From NCBI GenBank assembly GCA_051362555.1, contig CM120642.1, positions 32,736,001-32,800,000 of the forward strand: a stretch of 64,000 bases of DNA, read 5' to 3'. Position numbers and translations under genes: made by a program. How positions within the stretch are numbered: the first letter of the stretch is position 1; each line of letters begins with the position of its first letter. Below are positions 51,089 to 64,000 of this stretch, piece after piece. Origin of the DNA: Lingula anatina. Lineage: Eukaryota; Animalia; Brachiopoda. The notes beneath the pieces are model-generated. The model saw only the letters and a list, made by a program, of their open reading frames with translations, did no database searches and had not been told where the DNA came from.

Positions 51089-54000
51089 TCAGGAAGCCTT
51101 ACTACACAGCTTCAGATGGGTATTCTTCGCACTCCTCCATCGGAAAGTTTTTTCACAGAACTGGCACTTGTAGGGATGCGGCTTGTGCATGCACCTCTTG
51201 TGCTCCCGCAAATATCGCTTCTGTCCAAACATACTTCCACATTCGGAACACCAAAAGTCTTTCTTCACCGTGTGGGTCTGGAGGTGCTGCCGTAGGTTGG
51301 TACTGTGGTTGATGACTACCTTGCAGATTGGGCACGTGACTTTGTTGAAGACATTCTCGTGGTGCGCGACATGGTGCAAGAGATGGCTGCTGGATGGAAA
51401 TTCCTCACCGCAGATGTCGCAGAAGAAAGGCGCTGCTTGTACCTGTAACAAGTATTACACATATAATGACCAGGTGTCAGAAGCCTGCTCATGTGCTGTA
51501 GCAGCATCCCTCATTGTTTGAAAATGAAAAACAAATGTACAAACTACACGATTTGTAACAAATTATAATCTTGGGCAAATACCTGAATCTATTTTATTTA
51601 TCCAAGTTACAACCGAACACACGGAACTCATATTTTCAACAAGGAAGACTAACACCCCATTCCATAGATTTTTAGATCGATCTATCCCTGTGGGGAGTCT
51701 CACTAGATTACTGTAAGCTTGGCCAGCTTAAGTGTCTGTCCTGCCTACTAAAAGCTGTAAGGGGGTAATTAACTATGGTGCCCGCTCGGCTGACTGCAAT
51801 TTAGCGTGAACCCCCAGGGAGTTAGGTCGATCTAAATCTAAATCTTTAGATCGATCTAAATCTCTGGGAAAGCACCCTTAAATTGACATTTCAATAATTT
51901 GTCCTGCTGAAAGTTGCGTCATTTTATTATTGCACTTTAAAAAGAATTCTCCATGAAGGGCTGGTATCTATATAATTCAGATTAATGTCTCTTGACTATC
52001 TTTTCAAAGAAGTAGGCAAGCAGCAGTCGTGCATCTTTCATAGTATGTTCATTTTGTCTGCCTCAAAAGTGATGGGCAGCCCAGTTGTCTTCTACTTCCA
52101 AGACACAATTTCTTTTACTCATTAAATTTAATGTTGGTGCATTACACTACATTATTTCAAAACAACAATAAATATTTATTTATTATTAGACAGCATACTT
52201 TCATTCCATATTCCACATTTGTCATCAAATGCATAACAAATATCCAAAAAGAGTATATAAAAGTAACAAATATGTTATATTCTTCTAAAAAACATTGGAC
52301 GAGACTTTTTTCATTTAGTACAAGACTGTTAAATGAATATATAAATCTTTAATAGGTATACCTTGCTTAACTTAAACTTAGTGTTTTTTTCAACTGGCAA
52401 AGGAATATGTCACAGAATATAAGTTTATAACATTTCTTATTCTACAGTACAAGTGATTTGTCACTGATTAAAACAATCATTATTGCTGCCATATGAAAGA
52501 AAAAGTGTTTGTCTAGGTATGGCTTGAACTTCTGAGTTGTGCAACCTTTCAGAAAAGCCCAGGCTAAAAAAAAATCCCAAATGCTTCTACAGCAGGTTCC
52601 TTGTGATACAGTTCAAATACTCTCATCAAGTAGTAGCCATTGATTAATTGTCAACCATCAATCCCTGTGTCCATGTCTGTATGCTGTTACTAAGATTAAG
52701 TCTCCAGTGAGGACTTCACCTCAGATAGACTGGGTTCCCATACCTAAAATGATCTAACAGGATTGATCCATCGTCAAGGGGTTTCTCACTAAATTGCTTT
52801 TAGCCTAAGTGGCTTAGATGTCTAGCATTCCTACTGAAGCTGCTAAATGATAACTGACTACCCCTAGCTGCTTCAGTCGGCGTGACAGACATCTAAGCTG
52901 CTTAAGTTGATTGCAATTTAGCGAAAATCCCCTTGGAGATAGATCAATCCACAGTTAGTACGATAGGGTCTGGTAATGGTCCCATAGCGTCCTTCATAAA
53001 ATGCCACAAATCAAATATACAATTTGAAGATAAAAATGTCAAAAGTACATTTCCGATGTTCAGTCATGAATTGATGACTTTAAGTTCTTAACTTTGAAAC
53101 CAGGGAGATACATTCCACAGCTGCAGTTAAAACATGGGGGGTTGAGATTCCACAGGTTTGCAGGAAGTTTCATGAACAATTTTGCACCGCCTCCATCGAA
53201 ACAATTCCCCACATTTGCGACACCTATACGAAGGTGGTTGGTGCTTCCGTTTCAGATGTTCAGTAAGATATCTCTTCAAAGCATATGAAGTTCCACATTT
53301 GTCACACCTGTACCTTTCTCCATTGCCTGCTTCGTGAATATCCATGTGATTGTTCAGGGAATATTTTGTTGCAAATGTTGATTTACATATTGGGCAAGGC
53401 CATGATTTTGATATTGCTTTCTGATGTGATGTACTCCATGAAAACTGGTCTGGTAACTTTGTCCTGTGGGACCCAGCAGGAACCTGTAACAAATAAAAAG
53501 AGCTGTTATTTAAAATGATCAGTTACATGTAGGTGGTCAGTCTTCACCCTGACCCAAATGCCAATATACAATCCAAAAACTTAAACCCCTGCATCCAGCA
53601 GAGAATACATCAGAAAGTGAAATTACTGAATTCACTGAATTTATAATTAAACTCATCTGAATTTTAGCAATCTTTAACATCTAAGTATTAAACTTTATCT
53701 GTAAAATCTGTTAGTCATAGTTCACATTTTGGAATAAAATGGGTTTACTCCTTGTTTAGGATAATTAAAAAAAATTAAAGGCATCACACATTAATCATTA
53801 GATTTATTTTCCGATATATGTTTATATGAACATGCATTGTAAAAAGAGTAGTTTCACATACAAAATGACTTCTAACCAGCAACCTTAAACCAAGACAGGG
53901 TACATTCTACAACAATTATACTACTCATCTGCACCGAATTTATTAACTATACTGCCATGGTTGCAAAATAAATAAAATGAGTTTTCCTACAAAAAAAAAA

Positions 54001-56926
54001 AAAAAAAAAATGCTCATCACAAAAAAGGTGGGATTAATATATTAAATTTTCCTCTCATTTTTTTTTCTATTAATTCTAAATAGCATAAAAACACTTACTT
54101 CCAATAAACAGAGCTGTGCCATGGCAGTGTACAGATTATTTTCAACCATATTTCCCAGCTTTCTTATGTCCTCTGTCAGGAATTCATAACCAACTTCTTG
54201 GTCCTCAATATCTGACATGTAAGTTATTCCTCTCTTTCTCTCTACACATCTCCAGAACACTTTGTCCCAATAAAATGGTACAGATTCCACCATTTGAATT
54301 GGTTTCCACCTTAAACGTGTTTGCCAAGGTGACACAAAAACCACACAAAGTATATATGAAAACTACAAATATTGAGAGGGAATATTCTAAATCCCCCTCT
54401 ATGCAAATTAGTTCATAAGTCTAGCATCAGATTAAGTTTTTATCTTCAGGAAACATTAAAAAAACTTGTGAAAATATTGCCTTTAAAAATATATCTGAGC
54501 CTTAAGCACATGGCTTCTCTAAAATCTCAAATTTATCATCTAATTCAGCTGTCAGTATTGTGCAAGTATTTCTTTAGAATCAAAAAAGTTGATTAGTATT
54601 TAATCCATAATCATATTATACATCTCCACCATAAACAAGGGAGACACCCAATGTCAGCTTTAATATTTACATAAATATAAGCGTTTCGTTGACTGTTTTT
54701 CTACAGACTGTGAAGTCTGTGCACCACTGTCATTTTCAAGTGTTTTAACACTTAAAAGGCAAATTGAATGTTCCTTATTATTTCTTCCTGTCTGAATTCT
54801 ATGTAAATCTTCTTGCTCTCGTTTTTCTTCTGTTTTTCTGTTTCAAAAATTATTTGATTAATGTTCCTGAAAATATAACACTGGGTCGTAAGTTTTATAA
54901 CATGGTGATATACATGATTTAAGGCATTTTATCAAATAAATAAATAAAAGAAAATGAAATTGACACTCCATGTTTAAATTTAATAATGTGGTTTACATCA
55001 AAATGCATTAATTTTAGAATCAATGTCATCTGGAATATGAATACTCTATTTTCTTTCATTTTTAAAATGAATGAAAGTGAGAGTTAATGTGCAACTACTT
55101 GCGGTCAGTATGACCTTATTTAGAAATAATTTGACCAAAATATCATTAAATTAATCACTGTTAGTGACTAATAACTAACCAAATTGTTCTTGATGTACTT
55201 TTTTAGATTTTGTATCTTTTTTATTTGCATGTCACCAAGGATACCTGAGCCCACCAAAACTGACAAATGTCAGTTTCAAAATGGGAGAAAATGTTCAATG
55301 AATCAGTCATGTTTGAATATTATTTCCAATGAAGATTTTGTGTTCACTCATTTAACACTTGAATAAGATGATGAAAAAGAATGCAATTAGACAAAAACAA
55401 GATGCAAACTTACCTCTTTGGTACTTGTATTACAAGGGCTGTATGTGCGGGAAATGACAACCGCTGTCATGCTGTCTGTCTACTGCTACGAAAATCCCGC
55501 ACAATTCTCATGCTACGTTAGAGGAATTGCCAATAGCAGAAAAAACACTGTAGTAGACAGGTAACATGATAAAATGGTGGGGGACAAGAAAATTCTGTAT
55601 TGATTATACAAGTAAGAATACTGGCTTCCTTTCCACTACATAAATAGTGTTATGGGCATAACTGGATTCTGGATTTTTCAGCAAAAATTAAAATGCATAT
55701 ATCAGTAATAAAGAAAAGGCAAATGAACGATTCAATAGTTGAAATATTTCAAATTTTTATGTTGTTGCTTTCATCGATCATTTATTTTATGAATTAAAAT
55801 CAAAAATTGATGGGTGATCATGACATGCATTTAGTGCTAGAAAGGACCTTTTTAGGTTTGGGGCCAATGCAACTTTTGTAAACATTTCTCTATTGCTAGT
55901 TTTTATGTAATCTTATTCATTCTTGTTATTTTCATATTTTATGAGATATATATTTTCTTTTTGATATTTAATTCAAGTACTGGGACTATTTTGACAATAC
56001 AGTTCCATGCCGAAAACTCATATAAGATAATTACTTCATTTATTTTTATTATTCTGAATTAATTTCTTTGCCAACCTATTATCATAGCAGTGAAAGTGCA
56101 CCCCTCACCTGGAATTCTCCAGGATCCAGTTGATGTCCTGTGTCTTGCAGTGCTGTCCCCACCATGGAGAGATTCCCTGCAGAGTGTGTCACAGAATGTC
56201 CTGACAGTCTCTGGGGCACTGGGCGTCTCTTACGCTGACACTGATTTGGTGACAGCGAGGGTGCACTCTGTGAAGATGGGGGAGGGGGGTGCAAAGTACT
56301 GTTCACCAATACAGGGGTGTTACCCTCTGAGCTGCTTTTTAATCTGACATCCAAGTCAGGGTCTGGTTCCACTTTCACCTCCAAAATGTCCTCCAATCCT
56401 TCACTGACAGCCTCCAGAGTTTGTTCTGCCAAGTTCTTGTCAGTATTAGCAGGGCCAGTGCTGGAGTCATACACTGGATTGCTAATATCAGGGGCCCCAG
56501 TCTTGGATTTCTTAGAGAGAGATTCCTGTTGCGTTGAAGCACATGAAGTTGTCACAGTAGCAGTGACAGATCTTTTCCTGGCTGTATTTTGAAACAGTCT
56601 CTTTGGGAAAGGATTCAGTGAGTTTGATGTACTCTCAGGTTCTGAAGCTTGTATTGACGATGGGTTTGGACTATTTTCTTGCGAGGTGCCGTCATACCAC
56701 CCTGGCAATGTGCCTTCATTTTGTAACTGGACACCCTGCGAGTTGGACGTCTCTTCACGCACCACTGTGGCGCCCTCTACTTCCTCTTCTCCATGAAACA
56801 CTTTCAAAGCCTGTTCTATTTCAGCGACAAACTTTCCATCTTTGAAGCTGATCTTTAAATTTGTTAGTTCCAGTGAAATCATATTGTTCCGCTTTCCACG
56901 AACCTCAATGCTGTGTTGAAATTCCC
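51089..56926 (-). CDS. C2H2 zinc-finger transcription factor, isoform using the distal terminal exon (4 fingers, last one C2HC); 5' end unresolved
   Basis: Common exon 56109-56926 is low-complexity, contains a VKVEPD SUMO-type motif and ends CAG|gtgagg in phase 0. Terminal exon 51089-51442 starts after ttacag in phase 0: CDICGEEF...H..HH, CPICKVV...H...H, CSECGSMF...H....H, CQFCEKTF...H...C. Confidence 0.75.
51662..51871. mobile_element. Palindromic MITE related to family B
   Basis: TTTAGATCGATCTA at both ends. Internal inverted GGGGAGTCTCACTAGATTAC / GCAATTTAGCGTGAACCCCC. Confidence 0.6.
52727..52986. mobile_element. Palindromic MITE family B, near full length
   Basis: Internal inverted arms (AAGGGGTTTCTCACTAAATTGC / GCAATTTAGCGAAAATCCCCTT; CTTAGATGTCT / AGACATCTAAG). 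Both ends are shared with 63191-63326. Confidence 0.75.
53127..53483 (-). CDS. Proximal alternative terminal exon of the zinc-finger gene (3 fingers, last one C2HC)
   Basis: ttacag| phase-0 acceptor. CPICKSTF...H...H, CDKCGTSY...H....H, CRKCGELF...H...C. Has its own stop codon. Confidence 0.78.
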   Translation of the reverse strand, partial: VPAGSHRTKLPDQFSWSTSHQKAISKSWPCPICKSTFATKYSLNNHMDIHEAGNGERYRCDKCGTSYALKRYLTEHLKRKHQPPSYRCRKCGELFRWRRCKIVHETSCKPVESQPPMF

Positions 56927-58718
56927 CTGAAAAAAACAAACCGTCAAACTTTACATCAATATTCAGCACCCGCATGTCTTTGCATAAAAGATCACTTTAT
57001 TTCTTGAAACATACAATATTTTTATGAATCCCAATTTTACTCTCGTTTCTTCCTCTGCTGCTCTAAAATTCAGTGTCTGCTTGAACATAATTGTTTTCTT
57101 TAAGATAATGTCATACATTTCAGCATGTTCTACCTCATATAAACAAATTAAAATTTTCATTTATTTATATTGTTCTTGGACTTTTTTCTTATGTGTTGAT
57201 AACACAAACAGAGAATGAAAGTGAGAAAAAAGAGCCTAATATAGATGGTCATTTCATACTGTATAATATTACTTAAACAACTGTATTATGCATCATTTAC
57301 TATAACGTCAGCTTTTATCTATTTAAGGTGTATTATTTCAATCACAAAGTTGTCAGTAAAATCCCTACCAGAACTATTTGTAGCAATAAACTTGCAAAGT
57401 TGTTTTTCTCTGACGCCGGCACATGTCTGCACCAGATCTGTGGGCAGGTTAATATCAATTCTTGACACTTTCAGCATATTTCAGATTCAGTCTGGAAGGA
57501 AAACGTTTTAAAATAAAGAATAAAATCTGAGATGAAAACAACGTATTACAGATAATGCAGTGCCGCTTTGGCCTTGCTTGTTGGTGGTAAAATACTGACA
57601 ATTTAGCGTAATGAGAGACGCTAAGCGGACCATGCTGGTAAGCTTGGGCTATGTAGTAAATACACGTTTGATTTTTCAAAGCATCTTTTTATGTATCTGC
57701 AACACTGGAAATTTTGAAATGAGAAGGTCATGTAAGATAATTAGATTCACAAGCATAACAACAAAAGACCGCAGATCAATGCTGCACTGTAAACAAAATG
57801 ACTCGAGTTTCGTTTTTATGACACATGACACAAACGCACCAAGTTCAGCACAATTTTTTTCCTGTAAATACTTCACATTTTCCCAGCAAAGTGTAAATGT
57901 CTGCTGACTCTCCGATATGCAATGAAAAGTGTCTGATTTACAAGACTTACATGTTCTGCGAAATTGCATGAACGCCTGGACTTAAACGCAGCAAACTCAG
58001 TTCTTCTCCGCCGCTGCAGCACCGGATATCAGTCTCGGTTTGAAGAAAATGAAGGGTGCTTACCGCATGCGCTTTGCAAATAGTGTTTTAATGTGTTTAA
58101 TAATGTTTCTAAAATGTTTTGTTTTCTACCACATATATTGTGATTGATAATCTATCCGACAAAAAATTCAAATAATATATAAGCGCATGCATATTTTATA
58201 ATGAGCTAAGCGACGCTTGCCCTCCGCGGCTGTCAAACTTAAGCCACCTGCATGAAACGTCAATATTTTAAAAACTGCTCCAAAGTCGTATTTTATATGT
58301 CTAAATATCCTGCAAAGCTACTTTCAGTCCTAACTCAGACGAAAATACCTCAGATAAAAGTACATGATGACAATGTATTACCAGATGAACTTGCTATCTA
58401 AATTTTATGTTCCGATACGTACGAGAATCATTTAGAATTTTAATAAATTTGGACTAAATATAAAACACCGTCCAAGCCACATGCTAGTGCAATGAAAATT
58501 CGATTTACAGGGAAAATCCCTAATCCGGTATCCGGTAGAGGGGTATATCAAATAATAACAATAGTCAAAGCAGTTGACAAAACTATTAGCCTATCTTTGA
58601 ATTTATTGTTAATTCTAATCAATGTCAATATTAAGGTAAAAAAGGCATTTAGGATTCGAAAACAGGTCGTTGAATCGTAATTTGCTCAACAAATGTGTAT
58701 AGCGTATCTAGGGCAGGG

Positions 58719-58828
58719 TTTTATTTATTTATTTATCATCTATCGACCTGCTTTTGGATTATTTATTTATTTATTTATTTACCTATTTATCGTCTATCGA
58801 CCTGTTTTTGAATTATTCATCTATTTAA

Positions 58829-58873
<45 letters not shown>
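58719..58873. repeat. (ATTT)n microsatellite with a duplicated TCTATCGACCTG unit
   Basis: Direct reading of the sequence. Confidence 0.85.
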
Positions 58874-58875
<2 letters not shown>

Positions 58876-60018
58876 GCCCTAGCGATAGGTCAAACCTGAA
58901 TTTACATGCATTTGGTATATAGTGTACATGTGTAATAAATCTAAAGACGAAGGGGGGGGGGCTCTCGCGTAAAATGATCGGGCTATTTTATTGCCAGTCT
59001 CTTAAAGCGTTTCGATAAAGATAAGATTACTGTAGAGGTGAAAAAGGCCTTTCAGGATTTGCCGGGACGCTTATCCTGTGAGTCAGATGGGTCATAGATC
59101 AAACGCAGTGAACGGGTCTCCTGTCCCGGGCCAAGGTTATCAGTTGGACCCAGCAAGCAGTGATTTCAATTAAACCGTTTTAAGGTAGGACTGCAGGTTG
59201 GAGATTTATCTTAAATTTAGTGTCTTAGTTTTACTTACGTTTTATTCCTGTTGCAATCATAAAATGTATCTTCAAAACATCTAATTAAGCTTGAAACACA
59301 GTTCCAAATTCACCGTGTAAAGTAATATTGGGATTTTTGGGACAAAACATCATTTTCGGTTTCCTGATTTTCTCAGGCATCTAGACAAATATAAACATAC
59401 TTTTAATGATATTATGACACTTGACTAAAGTACTACAAAAGGGACTCAGGGATTTTTTCTTTAAAGACTTATTGTTGATTTTATCTATAAAAACTTGATT
59501 TTGAGCCCTAGTTTGAGCACAGCCCCACCTTACGACACTCGAAAAGCATGGCGTGCAGGTTAAAAGATTAGGGCTTACATAATCTGCATATAAATTAAAG
59601 CCAAACGCGTTGAAGCCAATCCCCTCGGTCTTAAACCAATGTCTACGTATCTGGTGTTGGATGGGGTCTATCATTCTAGGATGTTAAAATGAGCTGATGT
59701 AGGACAAACTGGAATAAACTAGTTAGAGACGATAGACGGAGTGAATATTTGCAACAACTTTCACTTTTTAAGTGCCGCTGAATATATGCTATTCCAAGTA
59801 GGGAGTGATTTAATTACATTGATAATTTTTTAAAAAGTTAATTATTCAAATTTAAGGAATCACATTTGCCTTCTGGAAGAAAGAAGAAAGAATACAAATT
59901 GTGCTCCAGTGCCTTTGATGCTGCGTAAAAATAGGTTCAAGAGATTAGCCAAAGTTTCGAAGCGTGTAGGCTTATACGTTTTAAAACCTTCGACAGGTGA
60001 AGCGTTTCTCACCTGACA

Positions 60019-63000
60019 ATGACAGGAGACAGCCTAAGACACACGTCTGATGACAGTGGGCGACAAATGGTAGAATATGAGGACATATTGGTTGAAGTTG
60101 GTAAGTCTACTAAGACTTTTTAAGTAACAAATAGACACTGTAGAAAGCAAGGGTACTTAAGCTGGGTTTGACATTTTCTACGTATTTTTCGGATTATTAA
60201 AAACAAAACGCGAAGAGAAGAAGGCTTTAATTCTATTAATAAAAGTTTAAAATAACTTTTAATTTTGGTTAGCGATACTGAAAACGGGAACATTTATAAA
60301 TGGGGCCAGACTGTTATCCAGCATGTTGACAAAATGCTTTCTCTTGCATCTTACATAATTGGCCTCATAGATAATAGTGCATACATTAAATAACATGTCA
60401 TATATCTTCTGTATTGTATTTATAGAAGTTTTGTCCCAACTGGGGTGTCATTTACTAGTGTGATTATAATGAAAACACCAATTCGATGTTTTTTTAAATC
60501 CAGCAATTTTCCATTTCAATTAATTCTGGTAATTTTCCATAGTACTGTCAAGTGTTCAGTATGTAGAATTTTATGATACACTATAGTTTTTGAACGGCTT
60601 AACTGATAACCTATACGGTTCCTGTAACTAGCTTTGTCCTCTCTTAAAAAAAAAAGAAAAATATTCACAGTCGCGAGAGGTCGGGTGCTCCTGATAAATT
60701 CTTCTGATACATTGTTGATAACGCATGAATGAAGATTTTACAGGGGTGGGGCTGCGCTGGGGAGATGGAGGGAAAGAATTCCGTTCAATGAACTCAGCCT
60801 TATTGATATCCTGAATCTTGAACCCATGCATGATAAAAGTTTTCCGTTTGACCTAAGCCACTATATCACTATCATTCTTTACACTTTACCAGAGGCCAGC
60901 TGTTATGACGTCAATCATAACGTGATGACGTCATTATGTGCAAAAATTCTCGCTGGACCTACAGGGTATATATGTGCTAATCGACATACCAATAAGAGCC
61001 AATTATTTCTGTCCCCGAGTTAATTGTTTTGTCTTTGTCGTTTCTAGGTGCGAAATACTCGTAACGTAATCTGTCTTAGCTTATCTGGCTAGCAAAGCAG
61101 TCTTGTCGTTGAGAGAGGGTTCCCAAAACTGTCCACAGGCACATATTTTTCACAGAATTATGGCATAACAGTTACATTGTACAATTATGACTTTTAACTT
61201 GTCTTTAATGAAAATACATTTGGAGAATATCATATTTCTGTGAGCAATAATTCACGTCTGAGACTGCAAGGCTTGAAGAAAATGCAAATTTTTGACATTA
61301 CCATAAACAAATTCTTTCACAATGGCCCCGGTAAAGCTAGGGTAATTATTCTTCCTTATTGTTGGTTGCGACTTTTCTTTCAAACATTTAGGACAAATTG
61401 GATGGTACCAGCTTTCAATCGTCCTGATCATAGAGACAGGATGGTGCCTGAACACTGGTATGGACATGTTACTCTTGATGTTTGTTGGAGCCAATCCCGG
61501 CTGGACTTGTCCCGACCCCAGCGCCATCTACAATCAGTCAGTGACCAATTATTCTACCTGGCTGATGACCACTGCTACCACATTATATTATGTGAATGAT
61601 AACAGCACAGAGTCTGTCCTGGGAGATGGGTTTGTTCAGAACAGCTGTGGTGTAGATAATAAGATATGTCCTGGATACGTCTTCAATACAGACTACACCT
61701 CCATAGTTACTGAGGTAACGGAGATGTATATTGTAAAAATTGCTGATTTAGAACAATTGCTCTTTGTTATTACGGTACCTGGTCGATAACATTGATTCAT
61801 TATATTAATTAATTTGTCTCAGCATCGGAACGTTTTGAAATAACTATCATTATCAAAAATAATATGTACAAATATGCAAAATAAGTAATAACAACGATAA
61901 AAATTATTTAATTACCGTGGTACATTATTGATATTATTGATATAGAAAATATATTTTATATAAACGGTAGGATCCTGTGATAACTAAAAAAAAAAAGAAA
62001 ATTAGAAAATTAAATTATGGTAAATATACCGTTGTACGATACCTGACACTTTGGCGTATTTAAGTTGAAGCACTAGTTGAAAGACTGTTGTTTCTATATT
62101 CTGTACGTAGTACCACGTCATAGAATATTGAAAAAAAAAACATTGGAAACGATATTCATAAGTGCATAGTCAAACAAAAAATGAATCTATATATAGAAAT
62201 AGAATAACAAAAATCAAAAACATTACAGTGGCAGTTGGTGTGTGACATGGACTACGTGAGTGACACGGTCACATCGGTTCAAATGGCCGGTGTTCTTGTT
62301 GGATCTTTGATATTTGGACAAGTATCTGACCTTTTTGGACGAAAGAAGGTGCGTGTTTTTTTATGGACTACTTAAAGATGGATTGTTTTGCGCATAAAGT
62401 GTGTTAGGTATCATTGCAGCTTGTATCCAGAAAAATGTCTTGGAGTAATCTAATTGTCTAATAATAACTAAAGATCATATTGAAACAGATGTTCATGCTT
62501 TTCACCAATGTTTCAATTTTGTTTCACTTTTTCCAGACGTATTATACTGCCTTGCTTCTTGTCTGCGTCCTTGGATTTGTGCAGTCGCTGACTTCCAGTT
62601 GGATCGTATTTGCTGTACTGCGCTTCTTTAACGGCGTAGCAATAGGAGGTAGGCTACTTTTATGCATACTGTGCTGTCCACAATCTTTATAAATGTCTTA
62701 ATGTTAGTGTAATCATGAAAGTACAAAAAAAGGGAAAATGCGCCATTTATTGCACTTGCGTGTCATTTAAAGTAGAGCAGTCCACAGAAAATGAATAAGT
62801 GATTCTTACCACTTATTAAAGCGTAGCAATTTTAATCGTGTCACTTTTCAATATATAGTTTTAGATTGTACATACACTGTAGTTTTATGTATGTGTATGT
62901 ACTCACCTGTTTGATGTGGTATATAAATTAATTAAAATAAGAAACACAGCTCAACCAAGATAAAATTTTATTCTCTTCTAGGAGGAATTGTTGTTGGTTA

Positions 63001-64000
63001 CATCTGGGGCTTAGAGTTCCTCGGGCCGCGATACCGTCATTTAACAGGGATACTCGGAGTGTGGCCCCTGGGCGGCTGTATATTGACGGGGATAGCGTAT
63101 GCCACTAGAGACTGGCGGAAGACAATGTACTGTACCTCACTACCGGGGCTGTTCTGGATGGCAGCCTACTGGTGAGTTCAAGTACATGTAAGACTGGGTT
63201 CCCATGCATAGATCGATCTAACAGGATTGATCCTCTTAGCCGCTTAAGTTTATTGCAATAAAGCGAAAATACCCTTGGAGATAGATCGATCCACAATAAG
63301 TGCGATAGGGTCTGGGAATAGTCCCTGGAACTTTGGCCGTGTTCAGAATAGAAATTGTTGTGCTAGCAGGATCGGTATATATTTCAGCTTGGATTCTTGC
63401 TAAGGCGCAGGCAGTGTAATCAGCTTTATTTACTCGTAGCTTGAAGTACTTGGGTAAATTTGGGAAAACTTTGTGATATGGTCTATGATGTTGTGCATGT
63501 TGCTCTGTGAGGTAGCATGGCAGACAATAAAGCTGACTACATTGACTGGGCATTACCGAGAATACCCGCTTAGATCGATCCTGCTAGTACGATAACTTCT
63601 GTTCTGAACACAGCCTTAAAGTTCAAAAGTTTAAAGATTGATGAGCACGATCTGAAGGTGTGCAGGTGTGACTTGAAATTCGTGTTTTAATTTAAGATGA
63701 ACTGGTTTCCAACAAACTAAACAATACAGCGGTAAGGTAACCGCATCGTATTCCACAGGGCTTTCGAAAAACAAAGCATAAATCGTACACGTAATCTTTA
63801 CTATTCTAGAGGTACTATTATTTCAGAAAAATTGGTCCAATTCAGAGTCGATACGAGGTTTGAATACGATGCCTAGAATTCTGTGATGGAAACAGAAAAT
63901 AGAGATTCATGCATTTTGATTAATTAATTTAGCAATAAGAACCACGCGGTGATATAATATAACGAACTGTACACACTGCCAACTGCTTTTCAGGTTTTTA
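60019..64000 (+). CDS. SLC22-family (organic cation/anion transporter-like) MFS transporter, 5' part
   Basis: Exons 60019-60100, 61392-61714, 62229-62348, 62537-62648, 62982-63171, 63994->64000 are in frame. Motifs YEDILVEVGQIGWYQ, a Cys/N-glycosylated loop, the SLC22 signature TSIVTEWQLVC, SDLFGRKK, LRFFNG, EFLGPRYR and RDWR. Confidence 0.92.
63191..63327. mobile_element. Internally deleted copy of MITE family B
   Basis: AGACTGGGTTCCCAT...GATCTAACAGGATTGATCC and CTTAAGTT.ATTGCAAT..AGCGAAAAT.CCCTTGGAGATAGATC.ATCCACA...GATAGGGTCTGG match 52727-52986. Confidence 0.75.
63335..63615. mobile_element. ~280-bp MITE (Harbinger-like GGC termini)
   Basis: ~40-bp imperfect TIRs GGCCGTGTTCAGAATAGAAATTGTTGTGCTAGCAGGATCG / CGATCCTGCTAGTACGATAACTTCTGTTCTGAACACAGCC. 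Confidence 0.7.

Noticed and set aside
57611-57969. Cys-rich ORFs on both strands upstream of the zinc-finger gene
   Set aside because: No recognisable domain or clear splice context; more likely promoter, 5' UTR or intron.
60625-61025. CpG-rich block with TGACGTCA palindromes in SLC22 intron 1
   Set aside because: Could be a transposon fragment or an enhancer; no TIR/TSD or second copy in the window to support either.

Overview
Eukaryotic, AT-rich, intron-rich animal genomic DNA, probably from an invertebrate and plausibly a mollusc (inference). Exons were assembled by hand from GT-AG junctions and reading-frame continuity. Gene order: PIGK/GPI8 (-, 3' end outside the window) is head-to-head with a ~29 kb AK5-type adenylate kinase gene (+). 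That gene has four AK domains (two degenerate, two canonical) and several apparent internal start and stop options. One of its introns hosts an antisense gene for a secreted coiled-coil/unnamed Cys-rich domain/EGF-like protein. Next come an intronless membrane-protein ORF (-) head-to-head with RNF26 (+), then RPL28 (-, with a candidate intronic H/ACA RNA) head-to-head with a gene encoding a stand-alone triple-MLLE (PABC) protein (+). These are followed by a C2H2 zinc-finger gene (-) with two paralogous, mutually exclusive terminal finger exons, and the 5' part of an SLC22 transporter (+). Several MITE families are present, as are six tandem duplications that straddle exon-intron junctions. No prokaryotic features or CRISPR arrays were seen.
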